From IMG/VR virus record IMGVR_UViG_3300037245_003639: DNA of 64,000 nt; one strand, 5' to 3'. The notes under the pieces were generated by a model. That model had not been told where the DNA came from. It saw nothing but the letters and a program-made list of their open reading frames with translations, and did no database searches. The position numbers were made by a program, and so were the translations under genes. How positions within the stretch are numbered: position 1 is the first letter of the stretch; every line of letters begins with the position of its first letter. Below are positions 47,506 through 57,288 of the stretch, in pieces. This DNA comes from a virus.

Positions 47506-47950
47506 ACTCAAGTCCTCCACACCGGGTCGGCTCAACCATCGCATCGACCAAAGCCTTGCGTTGAACTGGATTTTTGAGAGCTTTAGCGATGAGAGCTTCT
47601 TTCTGTTTGTTGGTGAGCGGACGCGTGAGAGCCTGAGAGAAGGCCGTGATATCACGTTCGTAATGAGCCAGGGCGCCTTGTGGAAGTTCATCAACCATCA
47701 GTAGCTTCCGCGCAACAGAATTGTACTCAAGCGCACGACGAACCGGCTCCACTATTGCAAGCTTCAAAGCCTCGCGACCTTCATCAGTGTTCAGCGCCTG
47801 AGCGATGATGGCTTCTTTTTGTTCACCAGCGGGGAGTCGAACCCGATGAACAGGATGGTTACCGGACAGTTTGCGGCCAAGAGTTCCTGCCCATCCCATG
47901 GAGACAAGATGCTTAGGCCGTTTCTTCATTTGGGTTATGTCGATTATCAT
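47498..47950 (-). CDS. hypothetical protein with MIIDITQMKKRP N-terminus
   Basis: ATG at 47948-50 overlaps upstream TAA. Confidence 0.5.
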   Translation of the reverse strand: MIIDITQMKKRPKHLVSMGWAGTLGRKLSGNHPVHRVRLPAGEQKEAIIAQALNTDEGREALKLAIVEPVRRALEYNSVARKLLMVDELPQGALAHYERDITAFSQALTRPLTNKQKEALIAKALKNPVQRKALVDAMVEPTRCGGLEYD

Positions 47951-48306
47951 TACCAATGCCCTCCAGTTCTGATGACGAGATTTGGGTCATTCGCGGTCAG
48001 GCGCAGTTGCTCCTGAATATATCGAATATCTTCGTCAGTGGCTTCCGGAATCGTCGGGAAATAATGTGGCTGTTCTGCAACCTGTTGAAAATGGGTTGCT
48101 AACCACTTCTTTTCACCGTTTGTTAGTTTCGCGTAAAGCGGAGGCTTTTGACTGGTATCAGCAGGAGTAAGTATTACATTGTTGCTACAACCACATTGAT
48201 AGCAACAGTAGTCGTTGTACACGTCAAGATCCTCATTGCCGCATCCCCGGCAGGTCATGCCGGGCGGTTGAGGTTTGCGTTTCATTTGGGTGATATCGAC
48301 AATCAT
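47950..48306 (-). CDS. zinc-ribbon protein with MIVDITQMKRKP N-terminus
   Basis: CRGCGN...CCYQCGC cluster; N-terminus paralogous to downstream gene. Confidence 0.5.
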   Translation of the reverse strand: MIVDITQMKRKPQPPGMTCRGCGNEDLDVYNDYCCYQCGCSNNVILTPADTSQKPPLYAKLTNGEKKWLATHFQQVAEQPHYFPTIPEATDEDIRYIQEQLRLTANDPNLVIRTGGHW

Positions 48307-48779
48307 TTGACTACGTATTTCACTCCCTCAACGATGAGATATTTGATAGTGCGATGATCCACCAGGCGTAACCGATGACCCTCTGTAATATCCAGATCCT
48401 CGACCATGCTTCTACCAAGCAGTGGTTCAGGAGTAATCAGACGACCTCGCATTACTCGCTCTGAACCATCAGTCTTCTCAAAGCAAACCGTCAAAGGACG
48501 GTTGTGAGAAGCTATCAAAGTCTCTGCTGCTTTGGTCTTCGTGACTTTCACTTCCTCTTCAAATTGGTCCGCTGAAAATCCGCTCTCGATGAGTTCTCTT
48601 CCACGGACTTGGAAGTCCAAATCCGCGGAAGATCCTAAACTCTGGACTTGCAAAACGTCAGGCTTGGCGTCTTTGATTTTGCCGTAGTAAACAAATGCCA
48701 TCAGATCATTTGGTTTGATGGCAGATGCTTTGACTTTGTGCTTAGTCCGGTCAGTTTCTGGGGATAATTTCTTAATCAT
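48303..48779 (-). CDS. hypothetical protein
   Basis: 158-aa ORF. Confidence 0.5.
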   Translation of the reverse strand: MIKKLSPETDRTKHKVKASAIKPNDLMAFVYYGKIKDAKPDVLQVQSLGSSADLDFQVRGRELIESGFSADQFEEEVKVTKTKAAETLIASHNRPLTVCFEKTDGSERVMRGRLITPEPLLGRSMVEDLDITEGHRLRLVDHRTIKYLIVEGVKYVVK

Positions 48780-48862
48780 TTTCAGAACTCCTGTTCAAGT
48801 TTCAATACTTGTGTGTATTATACAACTCAGGAGCTTGAAAACTTTATGACATGGCCAGATAA

Positions 48863-49378
48863 TTACAACCCTTCAATGTATCTCGTGACAATTTCGTCAT
48901 ACAAATCAGGATAATCGGTTCTCAATTTACCTAATTCAACAAGCCGAACAGCGGGAGAAAGAGGTATTAGATAATCCACTGCCATCTGAGCCGCAGCGTT
49001 GAAACTTCCCGCCTCTACGGGGGGTTCGGAATCGCCACTCTCCCAGTCTCGGTTAATATACGTCATCAGAGACACATAAGCCCCGTGATACTCAGGAGTT
49101 CCGGTAAATATCCCATATGGATCTTCTGTGACCCCTGTTACTGGTTCTCCATTGTATTTCCTCTGCGTCATAAAGACAGCAGACTGAACTTGTACATCAT
49201 TTATAGCCAGATACAGGCCAATTATAGAGGGGTCATTGGATGTAGCATCGATAGATAGTGTCCAAAAATCAGCAGCCAAAGTAACAGTCCAACCAGCGCT
49301 ATCATTCGGCCTGCTGTTGATGATGGTCAGATCATATTCGAGAAGCGATATTTCTCTGATGAAAGTGTCGTTAATCAT
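48863..49378 (-). CDS. hypothetical protein
   Basis: 171-aa ORF. Confidence 0.5.
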   Translation of the reverse strand: MINDTFIREISLLEYDLTIINSRPNDSAGWTVTLAADFWTLSIDATSNDPSIIGLYLAINDVQVQSAVFMTQRKYNGEPVTGVTEDPYGIFTGTPEYHGAYVSLMTYINRDWESGDSEPPVEAGSFNAAAQMAVDYLIPLSPAVRLVELGKLRTDYPDLYDEIVTRYIEGL

Positions 49379-49389
49379 ATCTTCTCATT

Positions 49390-50505
49390 TTACGGATGAG
49401 TGAAGTATCCATCACGATTTTTCCAAATCACACCTTCGTGAAAACCTGGGTTTAATTTTTCTATCTCCCAAAATCCGCTATACGATTCAGGAGTACCCTT
49501 TAAATTTAGATAAAACTTATCAACAGAAAATACAACATCAGCCGTATATAGTTCATTATTCGCATGTTCGGCTTGGTTACCGATTATAGTCCCACCCCAC
49601 ATGCTGTATCTATATCCTTGCGGTTTTTGGCCTACATAAATAGCACATCTACCATTGCCTTTGACCGAGAAGTCACAGCCAAAAACATTAATGAGTCCAC
49701 TGCCGTCTTTCCCGCTTTTCACGACTACCGAGGCAGAATTGCCCAAATAACCAAAATGGCAATTCCGCAAATCATGAACAATATTACTAATCGAGTCACG
49801 ACCACTAGTCCCGCCGCCAAAGGTTTGCTTACCTGCAAACGGTCCAAATGGTGATATAATTTGCAGATCATTATATGGTGACGCATAGTAGCAGTGAGCA
49901 TTATGCGATCGTTCATTGTTCCAGATATCAGTATATTCGATTCGCGCAATTTCACTGCCTACATTGTAAATCATAGATGCCCGAGCATACCCATAGAAGA
50001 CACTTCTGGTGATTAAATGTCTTGAGGCAGATCGAGCATATGCCGAGCCAACCTGAACGTTCCGAGCCATAAGCAACAAACAACCAGGTTTAACTTTACT
50101 TGACACAGGAACATCAATATGTACATTATCCATAATAATACGTTTTGAACCAACTAAGTCAAATACAGGCCAACTGCGTGCTTCTTTGTTAGTGTACATC
50201 ACTCGTATATTTAGATTGCGTAAAATCAATCCCTCGCGATCACGCAAGTTGATTGGATGGGTCAACTCTATCACCATCGGCGAAGTGCCAGTGATAATGT
50301 GCTTTTCACCAACAACATAAACTTCACTAAATGCTGTTGAAATCTCACCCCAATCCGATGTCTCGTTAATAGCCTGTTGCAAAATCTTGCCAGCAGGGGT
50401 TTGTTCATTATTTACTTGTCGGGGGACTTTGGTATTAGGACTCAACTGTCCATAAGCAACCGCAGTTAACACAAGCAATGTCACAATTACTTTTAAACTT
50501 TTCAT
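49390..50505 (-). CDS. secreted protein with signal peptide, probable right-handed beta-helix (depolymerase/tailspike-like)
   Basis: MKSLKVIVTLLVLTAVAYGQ signal; Gly/Asn-rich repeats. Confidence 0.5.
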   Translation of the reverse strand: MKSLKVIVTLLVLTAVAYGQLSPNTKVPRQVNNEQTPAGKILQQAINETSDWGEISTAFSEVYVVGEKHIITGTSPMVIELTHPINLRDREGLILRNLNIRVMYTNKEARSWPVFDLVGSKRIIMDNVHIDVPVSSKVKPGCLLLMARNVQVGSAYARSASRHLITRSVFYGYARASMIYNVGSEIARIEYTDIWNNERSHNAHCYYASPYNDLQIISPFGPFAGKQTFGGGTSGRDSISNIVHDLRNCHFGYLGNSASVVVKSGKDGSGLINVFGCDFSVKGNGRCAIYVGQKPQGYRYSMWGGTIIGNQAEHANNELYTADVVFSVDKFYLNLKGTPESYSGFWEIEKLNPGFHEGVIWKNRDGYFTHP

Positions 50506-50523
50506 ATTTTGGCTACTTTCATG

Positions 50524-51840
50524 TTATGTGGCGTTCAGATCTATCCGACTTTGTTCTTGATTATAAACGTTGTTTACAATTTGGACCCCGGTGCTCGTGG
50601 CAGTTTCTGTCCATTTTGGATTGCTGGTTTGAACGGTAGCCCCAGCAGATGTTTCAGTAACCGTAGTGGTATCACGATGTTTACCAGTAATGCTTCTTAT
50701 CTCTCCTGATAGATCCATGAAAACCCAATCACTCCAAGACGCTGCATTTTCCCTTACCCGCACATAATAATTTTCGGATTTATCAAGAACCATATCCAAA
50801 CGGGTCAAATTGGCATTTGTGACATTTGCGATGTCTATAGCTGTCCCTGAACTTGTAGTTCTTATGTTGATAGAAGCTGATGCTTCGTGTTCTCGACGCA
50901 ATTGCCAATCTGTAAATTGATGATCAAATACATCTGCTTCAAATGCCAAAGAAACTTCGTTGTTCTTGAATTTGACAGCATCCTCATTGGAAATATCTCC
51001 GCTGGCGAATCTCGTAGTATTCATATCCAAACTTCTAGTGGCCCGTGCAATATGATCACCAGCAAAAAACAATTCTCGCATTCGAGTGACTGTTAACATT
51101 TCAGGTATTAGCATAAAATCGGCTATATCGCCAGTATAATTATCGTAGGTATCTCCCCAGGTTTCTGTAGGTGCGAACCCTATAGTAGAATCTGCATCAA
51201 AAGCTCCTGCACCTAATCCGTTACCAGTCGAAAGATTATCTAAAATAACCTCATTATCAACTACAAAAGAAAACCGTTCTTCTTCCCTGTATCCTATACT
51301 TACAAAGTGCCAATTGCCATCATTTACTTGCGGGGTAGCAGGAAAAATTTGATACCGACCATCCGCATAAGTAGCACCGATATCTATCGCTGGATTATCT
51401 GCCGGTATTAACTGGATAAAATTAAATTCTAAATCGTCAGTCAATCGTATAGTTAATCTTTGTCCATCTCCTGAATTTTTGGTATGAAAAATAACTGTTT
51501 GATTAGCGCTGGTAGACCGCATCCACCAACACATTGTAAATCCTATTCCTGGGTTAATCGCACTCCACGCATCAGTGAAAGCACTACCTAATGCTTGATT
51601 ACTTGTAAGAGTATTGAAGTCTCCCCCCTCCATTGTTATATAATGATCCGTCCAATGACCATTGCCAACTGTATCCCAAATAGTAGGATCAACACCATCA
51701 TTAACCATTAATATTTCGTTTCCTATAGCATCAACATCATGTAATAATACCGTAGGTGATTCCAACAGAGCTTCTGTCTTAAAAGTAGCTCGACTTGTAG
51801 TGTTTGGAAATGGTTGAGACATAGAACTTACCTCCAACAA
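50524..51840 (-). CDS. hypothetical large protein (possible lectin/jelly-roll structural protein)
   Basis: 438-aa ORF. Confidence 0.5.
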   Translation of the reverse strand: MLEVSSMSQPFPNTTSRATFKTEALLESPTVLLHDVDAIGNEILMVNDGVDPTIWDTVGNGHWTDHYITMEGGDFNTLTSNQALGSAFTDAWSAINPGIGFTMCWWMRSTSANQTVIFHTKNSGDGQRLTIRLTDDLEFNFIQLIPADNPAIDIGATYADGRYQIFPATPQVNDGNWHFVSIGYREEERFSFVVDNEVILDNLSTGNGLGAGAFDADSTIGFAPTETWGDTYDNYTGDIADFMLIPEMLTVTRMRELFFAGDHIARATRSLDMNTTRFASGDISNEDAVKFKNNEVSLAFEADVFDHQFTDWQLRREHEASASINIRTTSSGTAIDIANVTNANLTRLDMVLDKSENYYVRVRENAASWSDWVFMDLSGEIRSITGKHRDTTTVTETSAGATVQTSNPKWTETATSTGVQIVNNVYNQEQSRIDLNAT

Positions 51841-51858
51841 ATATTTGCTAGGAAACTA

Positions 51859-52194
51859 CTATGATTCCTTTACCTGTTCTCTATCGTTGTCTACTTCGAT
51901 TCGGCTGACAGCGTAATCATTAATGACCACAATCCCAACCTCTTCATAGATAACCCAGCCCATCTTTTTATCACGCTGATCAGCAGGTAATACCGTTATA
52001 TCTTGTCGAATGGGGAAACCCCCAGGATCAGGGGAATATGGAAGGCGAGGCCCAGAAGGCCAGTTTTGGTTGATTTCAACATTGCCACAGGCATGACGAC
52101 CCTGAGCTTTAGCCGTTTCAATTAAAGCTTGAGTCAAAGTGGATTTTCCATGACCCTGATGACCAATTGTCCCGACTGTTATTCTTCGGTCCAT
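51859..52194 (-). CDS. mini-GTPase resembling EF-Tu N-terminal G-domain (G1 and G3 motifs only)
   Basis: ITVGTIGHQGHGKSTLTQAL (G1, cf. EF-Tu NVGTIGHVDHGKTTLTAAI), DPGG (G3); no NKxD. Confidence 0.4.
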   Translation of the reverse strand: MDRRITVGTIGHQGHGKSTLTQALIETAKAQGRHACGNVEINQNWPSGPRLPYSPDPGGFPIRQDITVLPADQRDKKMGWVIYEEVGIVVINDYAVSRIEVDNDREQVKES

Positions 52195-52412
52195 GCAAGA
52201 CTTTCTCGTTCTTTACGAATAAGCTTCATTTCCTTTTCGGGGTCAAACCCGATTTCTGATATAAGACTTTGTGTGGAAATGATTTGTTTGTCATGTAGTT
52301 GCATCAATATATGGAACCACTGACGCATTTCACCAGAATCATGATTCTCCATCAGTTTATCAATAATCATGCTAAATCTCCTTTGCACATTATACTCACT
52401 CTCCTGTATCAA
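52179..52412 (-). CDS. hypothetical small protein
   Basis: 77-aa ORF. Confidence 0.4.
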   Translation of the reverse strand: MIQESEYNVQRRFSMIIDKLMENHDSGEMRQWFHILMQLHDKQIISTQSLISEIGFDPEKEMKLIRKERESLAWTEE

Positions 52413-52833
52413 CCACGACCAAAGCGGGGAATGAAGTAACGTTCAAAATATTGAGAGCCACAAGCCTGTGTATGCCTTCGACAATATGAGGCCCTGTTGT
52501 ACTGTCGATGCCTACGATAAGAGGCTTTATCTGTCGAGATTGTCTTATTTGTTCTGCCAGTTCTTTCGACTTTCTGATATCCCCGGCAGAATAAAACACC
52601 TCATGAGGCTCTGTGTTTCCGAAATCATGTACCTCACGTATTCCAGGAAGAACCTCGTATTCAAGAAAACTGGCTCCGATAGAGTTGGTATTGGGCACAT
52701 CGTCCAAGATTGTTAGTCCACCGACTTGAGAACCTGCTGGTGGATAGTGGGCGTCCCAATGTGCCGTGGTTTGCTCTTCTGATGTAAACTCTGGCTCAGC
52801 AAGAGATTGAGATATTTTCTGACACCAGTTCAT
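52396..52833 (-). CDS. ParB/Srx-like nuclease-domain protein with MNWCQKI N-terminus
   Basis: LIVGIDSTTGPHIVEGIHRLVAL resembles ParB N-terminal motif. Confidence 0.45.
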   Translation of the reverse strand: MNWCQKISQSLAEPEFTSEEQTTAHWDAHYPPAGSQVGGLTILDDVPNTNSIGASFLEYEVLPGIREVHDFGNTEPHEVFYSAGDIRKSKELAEQIRQSRQIKPLIVGIDSTTGPHIVEGIHRLVALNILNVTSFPALVVVDTGE

Positions 52834-53100
52834 AACTTAAATACCAGAGTCATCCTGAAGCAACCTGTATAATATTCAATCAAGCGGCAGTTGCGGCGTG
52901 GATGGTGACACGCTATTAACTTTCAGGAGTGGTGATGCACTGGCTGAGGTGAAGTTTAGTCCGCTTCTCCAAGAGACCGTCGAGGGTAGAGCAGGAAGAC
53001 ATCTATGTCAAAGTGAACAACCTGCCAAGGCCCCTAAACCGCCTACGCTGTTGGGACGCCAACGTAAGAACCGTAGGTAAATATCGGAAAATGCCAGAAG

Positions 53101-53125
53101 CAGGGTTCGAATCCCTGCCAACTGT
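53101..53125 (+). other. tRNA 3'-end-like fragment (T-arm CAGGG-TTCGAAT-CCCTG + acceptor-like CCAACTG)
   Basis: no convincing 5' half upstream. Confidence 0.3.
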
Positions 53126-53139
53126 CGCTTGTCTTTTCC

Positions 53140-53168
53140 TTGACATTCTCCAAGAGACCGTGTAGAAT
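53140..53168 (+). promoter_or_regulatory. sigma70-like promoter TTGACA-17-TAGAAT for gene at 53175
   Basis: spacer TTCTCCAAGAGACCGT also present 180 bp upstream (52965-52980). Confidence 0.55.
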
Positions 53169-53174
53169 GCGGTC

Positions 53175-54335
53175 ATGAGAAAAATACTCATTACAGGTGG
53201 ACCCGTTCACGCTCATTTGGACGCGGTAAAAATCATCACGAACAAATTTCGCGGTGGTTTAATGGCCAAATTAGCAGACCAATTGACCGGATTTTTGCAT
53301 CCGCAGTACGAGATCATATATCTCACCGCTTCCCATGCGGCAATGCCACCTCTTAGACCCGACCTGACAGTCGTGGTTCATGAAGGGTTTCAGGATTACC
53401 AACAGAAAGTAAAAGAACTTGCTCCCGATTGCAGCGCCGTTATCATGGGGGCAGCAGTCGTCAATTTGATTCCCAAGAAACCCTTCGAGGGTAAGTTCCC
53501 CAGTCACAACTATCAACCCGGCGACACAATTCCGATTGACTTCGAGATTGCTCCAAGGGTCATCAGTCTGGTCAAAGAAGTAGCTCCCAAAACAATGCTT
53601 TTTGGTTTCAAGCTACTACAAGGCGTTGAACGGGAAGAACTCATTAGAGCCGCCTATGAGGTTTGTCTGGACAGCAGATGCACTGCGGTATTCGCCAACG
53701 ATGCCGACGATCTACAGCAAATCCATGCCGTAACCAAAGAACGTGGCATTCACTCGCTGAAAAGAGACGCATTGGCCGACTGGATCAACGAGTTGTTACA
53801 AGATGATTACTATGCCACTGAATTTGGTCACGAAACCTCATTCGCGGAAGAGAAGGCAAAATTCCCAAGAGCCCTGGAAACTTTTGAGGGTCTCATCAGC
53901 AAGTTTAGACATCAGTTCACTCCTGTCGAAGAAGGTTACATCTTCGGGACTGTGGCCCTACGTTTGGAATCGTATGCAGCAGCCACAAGACCAAGCAACA
54001 ATCGAAGTTTCCTAACAACTGGACGAGGCAAAAAAGAACTATCTTCGTGTATTTTGGTTCGGACTGTCAACCATAGAACGCGACGCGTATGGGTCGCTCC
54101 GAGTTTGAGCAGGGAAAAAGCTTCACTAAACGCCCCTCTGCTACATTATCTGTTCACTAACAATCCTAAGTGCCATCATATAGTTCACTTCCATCAGGCA
54201 ATTCCAGGGTTACCTTATGAGCCGTATGCCCCTCCAGGAACCGAACGTGATGCAATGCGCTCCCAATTAACGTCTTTCAACATCCATGGTCACGGCTGTA
54301 TGCTCATGTTCGACGAAGAGGGAAGACAACTGTGA
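53175..54335 (+). CDS. CoaB-like (DFP/phosphopantothenate-cysteine ligase-like) domain protein
   Basis: ILITGGPVHAHLDAVKIITNKFRGGLMAKLADQL resembles ITAGPTxExIDPVRxISNxSSGKMG. Confidence 0.4.
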   Translation: MRKILITGGPVHAHLDAVKIITNKFRGGLMAKLADQLTGFLHPQYEIIYLTASHAAMPPLRPDLTVVVHEGFQDYQQKVKELAPDCSAVIMGAAVVNLIPKKPFEGKFPSHNYQPGDTIPIDFEIAPRVISLVKEVAPKTMLFGFKLLQGVEREELIRAAYEVCLDSRCTAVFANDADDLQQIHAVTKERGIHSLKRDALADWINELLQDDYYATEFGHETSFAEEKAKFPRALETFEGLISKFRHQFTPVEEGYIFGTVALRLESYAAATRPSNNRSFLTTGRGKKELSSCILVRTVNHRTRRVWVAPSLSREKASLNAPLLHYLFTNNPKCHHIVHFHQAIPGLPYEPYAPPGTERDAMRSQLTSFNIHGHGCMLMFDEEGRQL

Positions 54336-55039
54336 GTTACCCCGACTATGATACCTATAACATGCTTTACGCTCGTTACTTGGATTCCACCAAAACAAAG
54401 CGAATGATGGCTTGGGCAGGCCCTCTAAAACCTAAGAGAGTGCTGGATGCCTGCGGAGGCGGAGGAGAAATCACTTTAGCCGCAATAGAAGATGCCGCTC
54501 TGGTTGTGTATGTGGACCAGGAAGAGAAAATGCTGTCTCCCAGGCTAAAAGGGATACGACGCGAAGCAGCAGCCCGAGGCTATACAGGTGAGGTTCCACG
54601 GAATCTTATGTTTTCAATTGAACCCATTCAACTCTTCCTTTCGAGCCCGCCTCCTAATTTCACAACCGGGCTAGGGGGGTTCGATGTTGTCTTCTGCCAA
54701 CAGGCCATCAACTATTGGCTCAATCCTGAAACAGCGAAACAACTCGCTGCCCTTATGAAGTCTGGCGGGGTTTTCATCTTCAATACCTTTGCCAATAGGC
54801 CTCCAAAAGAACCTTTTGTAAGACAGTATGGACTTAATGGCCGACATTACGTGGAAACCAGTTGGATGGTAGAAGATGATATGGTTCATCATGTTCAAGT
54901 TGCAAGTGGTCTTTCACCACATACCACAATATTCAAGTGGATGTCAGCCGATACTCTCAAAACAATATTGAGCCCTCACTTCCATGTCACTTACAAAAAG
55001 ATGGATCAGGCTTTATATGTGAAATGCACAAAGATCTGA
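54332..55039 (+). CDS. class I SAM-dependent methyltransferase
   Basis: motif I VLDACGGGGEIT; GTG start overlapping upstream TGA. Confidence 0.6.
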   Translation: MSYPDYDTYNMLYARYLDSTKTKRMMAWAGPLKPKRVLDACGGGGEITLAAIEDAALVVYVDQEEKMLSPRLKGIRREAAARGYTGEVPRNLMFSIEPIQLFLSSPPPNFTTGLGGFDVVFCQQAINYWLNPETAKQLAALMKSGGVFIFNTFANRPPKEPFVRQYGLNGRHYVETSWMVEDDMVHHVQVASGLSPHTTIFKWMSADTLKTILSPHFHVTYKKMDQALYVKCTKI

Positions 55040-55597
55040 ATCTGCAATCTGCTGTAATACCTGAGGATAAAGCTCTCGTTCTGCCATCATCACTCGCTGA
55101 CCCAAACTGTCAGGAGTATCGCCAACCAAAACAAAAACAGCAGTTTGAGCCAGAATAGACCCATGATCATACTCATTGTCAGCAAAATGAACTGTGCAGC
55201 CACTCTGCGTTTCACCTGCGGATAAGACAGCTTCATGAACATGATGTCCATACATGCCCTTGCCACCATACTTCGGCAGCAAAGCGGGATGTATGTTTAG
55301 CACCCGACCTTCATAACGATCGGGAATCTTCCACAAGTGAAGGAATCCAGCCATCACAACCAAATCGACTTGAGATACATCCAAAGCCTGAACAATCATC
55401 TCCGAGAAATCAGGCAATTCTGGATAGATGATTTGGACAAGCAGGTCATGTCGGTTGGCTATTTCCACGCCACGAACACGCTTCCGAGAGCTAATCACAA
55501 GAGAGATGTGGATGTTTGATAAACGTCCATCTGCGATACGGTCACATAAGTTCTCAAGAGTAGAACCGCCACCAGAAATGAGGACTGCTATATTCAT
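55013..55597 (-). CDS. purN: phosphoribosylglycinamide formyltransferase-like (PurN/Fmt family)
   Basis: MNIAVLISGGGSTLENL, HPALLPKYGG, catalytic His/Asp region HVHEA...GCTVHFADNEYDHG. Confidence 0.8.
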   Translation of the reverse strand: MNIAVLISGGGSTLENLCDRIADGRLSNIHISLVISSRKRVRGVEIANRHDLLVQIIYPELPDFSEMIVQALDVSQVDLVVMAGFLHLWKIPDRYEGRVLNIHPALLPKYGGKGMYGHHVHEAVLSAGETQSGCTVHFADNEYDHGSILAQTAVFVLVGDTPDSLGQRVMMAERELYPQVLQQIADSDLCAFHI

Positions 55598-55917
55598 ATA
55601 TTGTTCACTGAACGATAACCACGAGCAATAGAGAACATCTGATTAGCATATTCACGCCGACTACTGGTAGTGCCCCACAGACGGTGGCATAGTTTGTCAT
55701 CTACCAACACTCGATGAGCAGCATAGAGCCAAGCGTTGGCCGCTGCGTTACTGCAATACAGTGAATCATCTTTGCTCAAGAAAAGCAATAGCAATTTCTC
55801 AGGAAACAAGATTTTGCGGAGTTCGGGAAGGCCCAATAAACCCCTGAGATAAGCCAGACGTGCAGCGTCTACGACAATTGTAGGGCGATGATGGCGATGA
55901 CACAGGTCAACAATCAT
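55594..55917 (-). CDS. hypothetical protein
   Basis: 107-aa ORF. Confidence 0.45.
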   Translation of the reverse strand: MIVDLCHRHHRPTIVVDAARLAYLRGLLGLPELRKILFPEKLLLLFLSKDDSLYCSNAAANAWLYAAHRVLVDDKLCHRLWGTTSSRREYANQMFSIARGYRSVNNI

Positions 55918-56122
55918 TACCAGACCTCTGCCATTGGTCTTGTGCTATTGATGCAATCGCTTGCAACATATAATGCACTTTCTTTCCATCGTTAGTATCA
56001 AGATCTATTTCGACTTGCAACTTGCTCTCTTTGCTTACGTTATCAGAAGGAACAAAACAAATGGAATAGCCCTTCTCATTGTCAGAAATCAAATCAATGT
56101 GAGGCAACTCGGATTCTCGCAT
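55907..56122 (-). CDS. hypothetical small protein
   Basis: 71-aa ORF. Confidence 0.35.
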   Translation of the reverse strand: MRESELPHIDLISDNEKGYSICFVPSDNVSKESKLQVEIDLDTNDGKKVHYMLQAIASIAQDQWQRSGNDC

Positions 56123-56178
56123 GTTTATCTATCCTATATCAGTTCTTGTATTCGACAGAAGCCAAAATTTTGACCAGA

Positions 56179-56523
56179 TTAGCTCCAACTCTGCCAACAA
56201 TCCCAACTCTTCTCGTCGCACCAATAAACTAACGTGGATGGGGTCTTAATATCTAGAGTCGAGACACCTCGAAATGGAAACCACTTAGCTGTAACGATCT
56301 GAGGGATGACGAGATTATCCAGAAGAGGATACTTTTTGAAAACTTTTGATATCATCAGAGAATGAACTGTACTCATATATTGAGTATCAGGACGCTTAAA
56401 ACTTAGAACCAAGTGTCCAGGAGGAGTGAAACAGACACAAGTTACCCGAGAGCCTGCTGCTATAGTAAAGTGTAGCTGCATCTCAGAGAACAGAATCTCT
56501 AATGCATCAATTATCATCAGCAC
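56179..56523 (-). CDS. hypothetical protein
   Basis: 114-aa ORF. Confidence 0.4.
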   Translation of the reverse strand: MLMIIDALEILFSEMQLHFTIAAGSRVTCVCFTPPGHLVLSFKRPDTQYMSTVHSLMISKVFKKYPLLDNLVIPQIVTAKWFPFRGVSTLDIKTPSTLVYWCDEKSWDCWQSWS

Positions 56524-56872
56524 TCCTTCGATTCAACTTGGATATCCTAAGCGCAATTGGTATTATTTCGTTATAGTTCTTATGTATTATCGCAAGCTCG
56601 TCCTCTGTGAGAAACTTGTTGCCATGGATGTTTTTCAGAGAACCTTCGACTACATTCAGGGCGTTAGCCGTCGATTTGAGGGTGTGGTTTTTTGAGCCCA
56701 TGTTTATCCTGCCTAATTAACTGCCCCCATTCTATAAGTTCACCCATCTCTTCACTTGTAAAACCTCTTTTCCAATCCCAACACATGTCGTCAGTCTTAC
56801 AAACATATCGAGCCACTACATCACCGGATAGGTCCATTTTTGGTGCTCTACGTCTATCTATCACATCAACTA

Positions 56873-57286
56873 TCATTTGTTCTGATCCTGCCTCTCTAAT
56901 ATCCTTCTTTTCCTAGAATTCGCATCAGACCAGAAATCGGTCTCGACCTCACACTTCTCATCAAAAACCATGATACCCACTTCGTCTCCATCAAATCCGT
57001 CCACTTCGATAACGTGAATATGAACAGGAGATTCATCAGCACCGTTTTTCTGCATGTCGAAATAAAATTTGACCGCTGCCTTTGTTTGCTCTTCCAACTT
57101 CCCTCCGACCGTCTCTAACGAAAAGCTGGGAATGATAATTCTTTCAACTCGACCATCCTTATCGACCCTGGAAGCACGAAAACAAATCATGCGATCTCGG
57201 GGCCAGGTATATCTGGTCCCAGTGTGTTTACCGAACTCAAAGTCCTTTTCAGTCCACCATGCAGTCAGAATCATGATTTTCTCCAC
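56873..57286 (-). CDS. hypothetical protein
   Basis: 137-aa ORF. Confidence 0.5.
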   Translation of the reverse strand: MEKIMILTAWWTEKDFEFGKHTGTRYTWPRDRMICFRASRVDKDGRVERIIIPSFSLETVGGKLEEQTKAAVKFYFDMQKNGADESPVHIHVIEVDGFDGDEVGIMVFDEKCEVETDFWSDANSRKRRILERQDQNK

Positions 57287-57288
57287 AT

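Noticed and set aside
47240-47704. Plus-strand 154-aa ORF
   Set aside because: Antisense to two better-supported minus-strand genes; Ser/Arg-rich low-complexity translation
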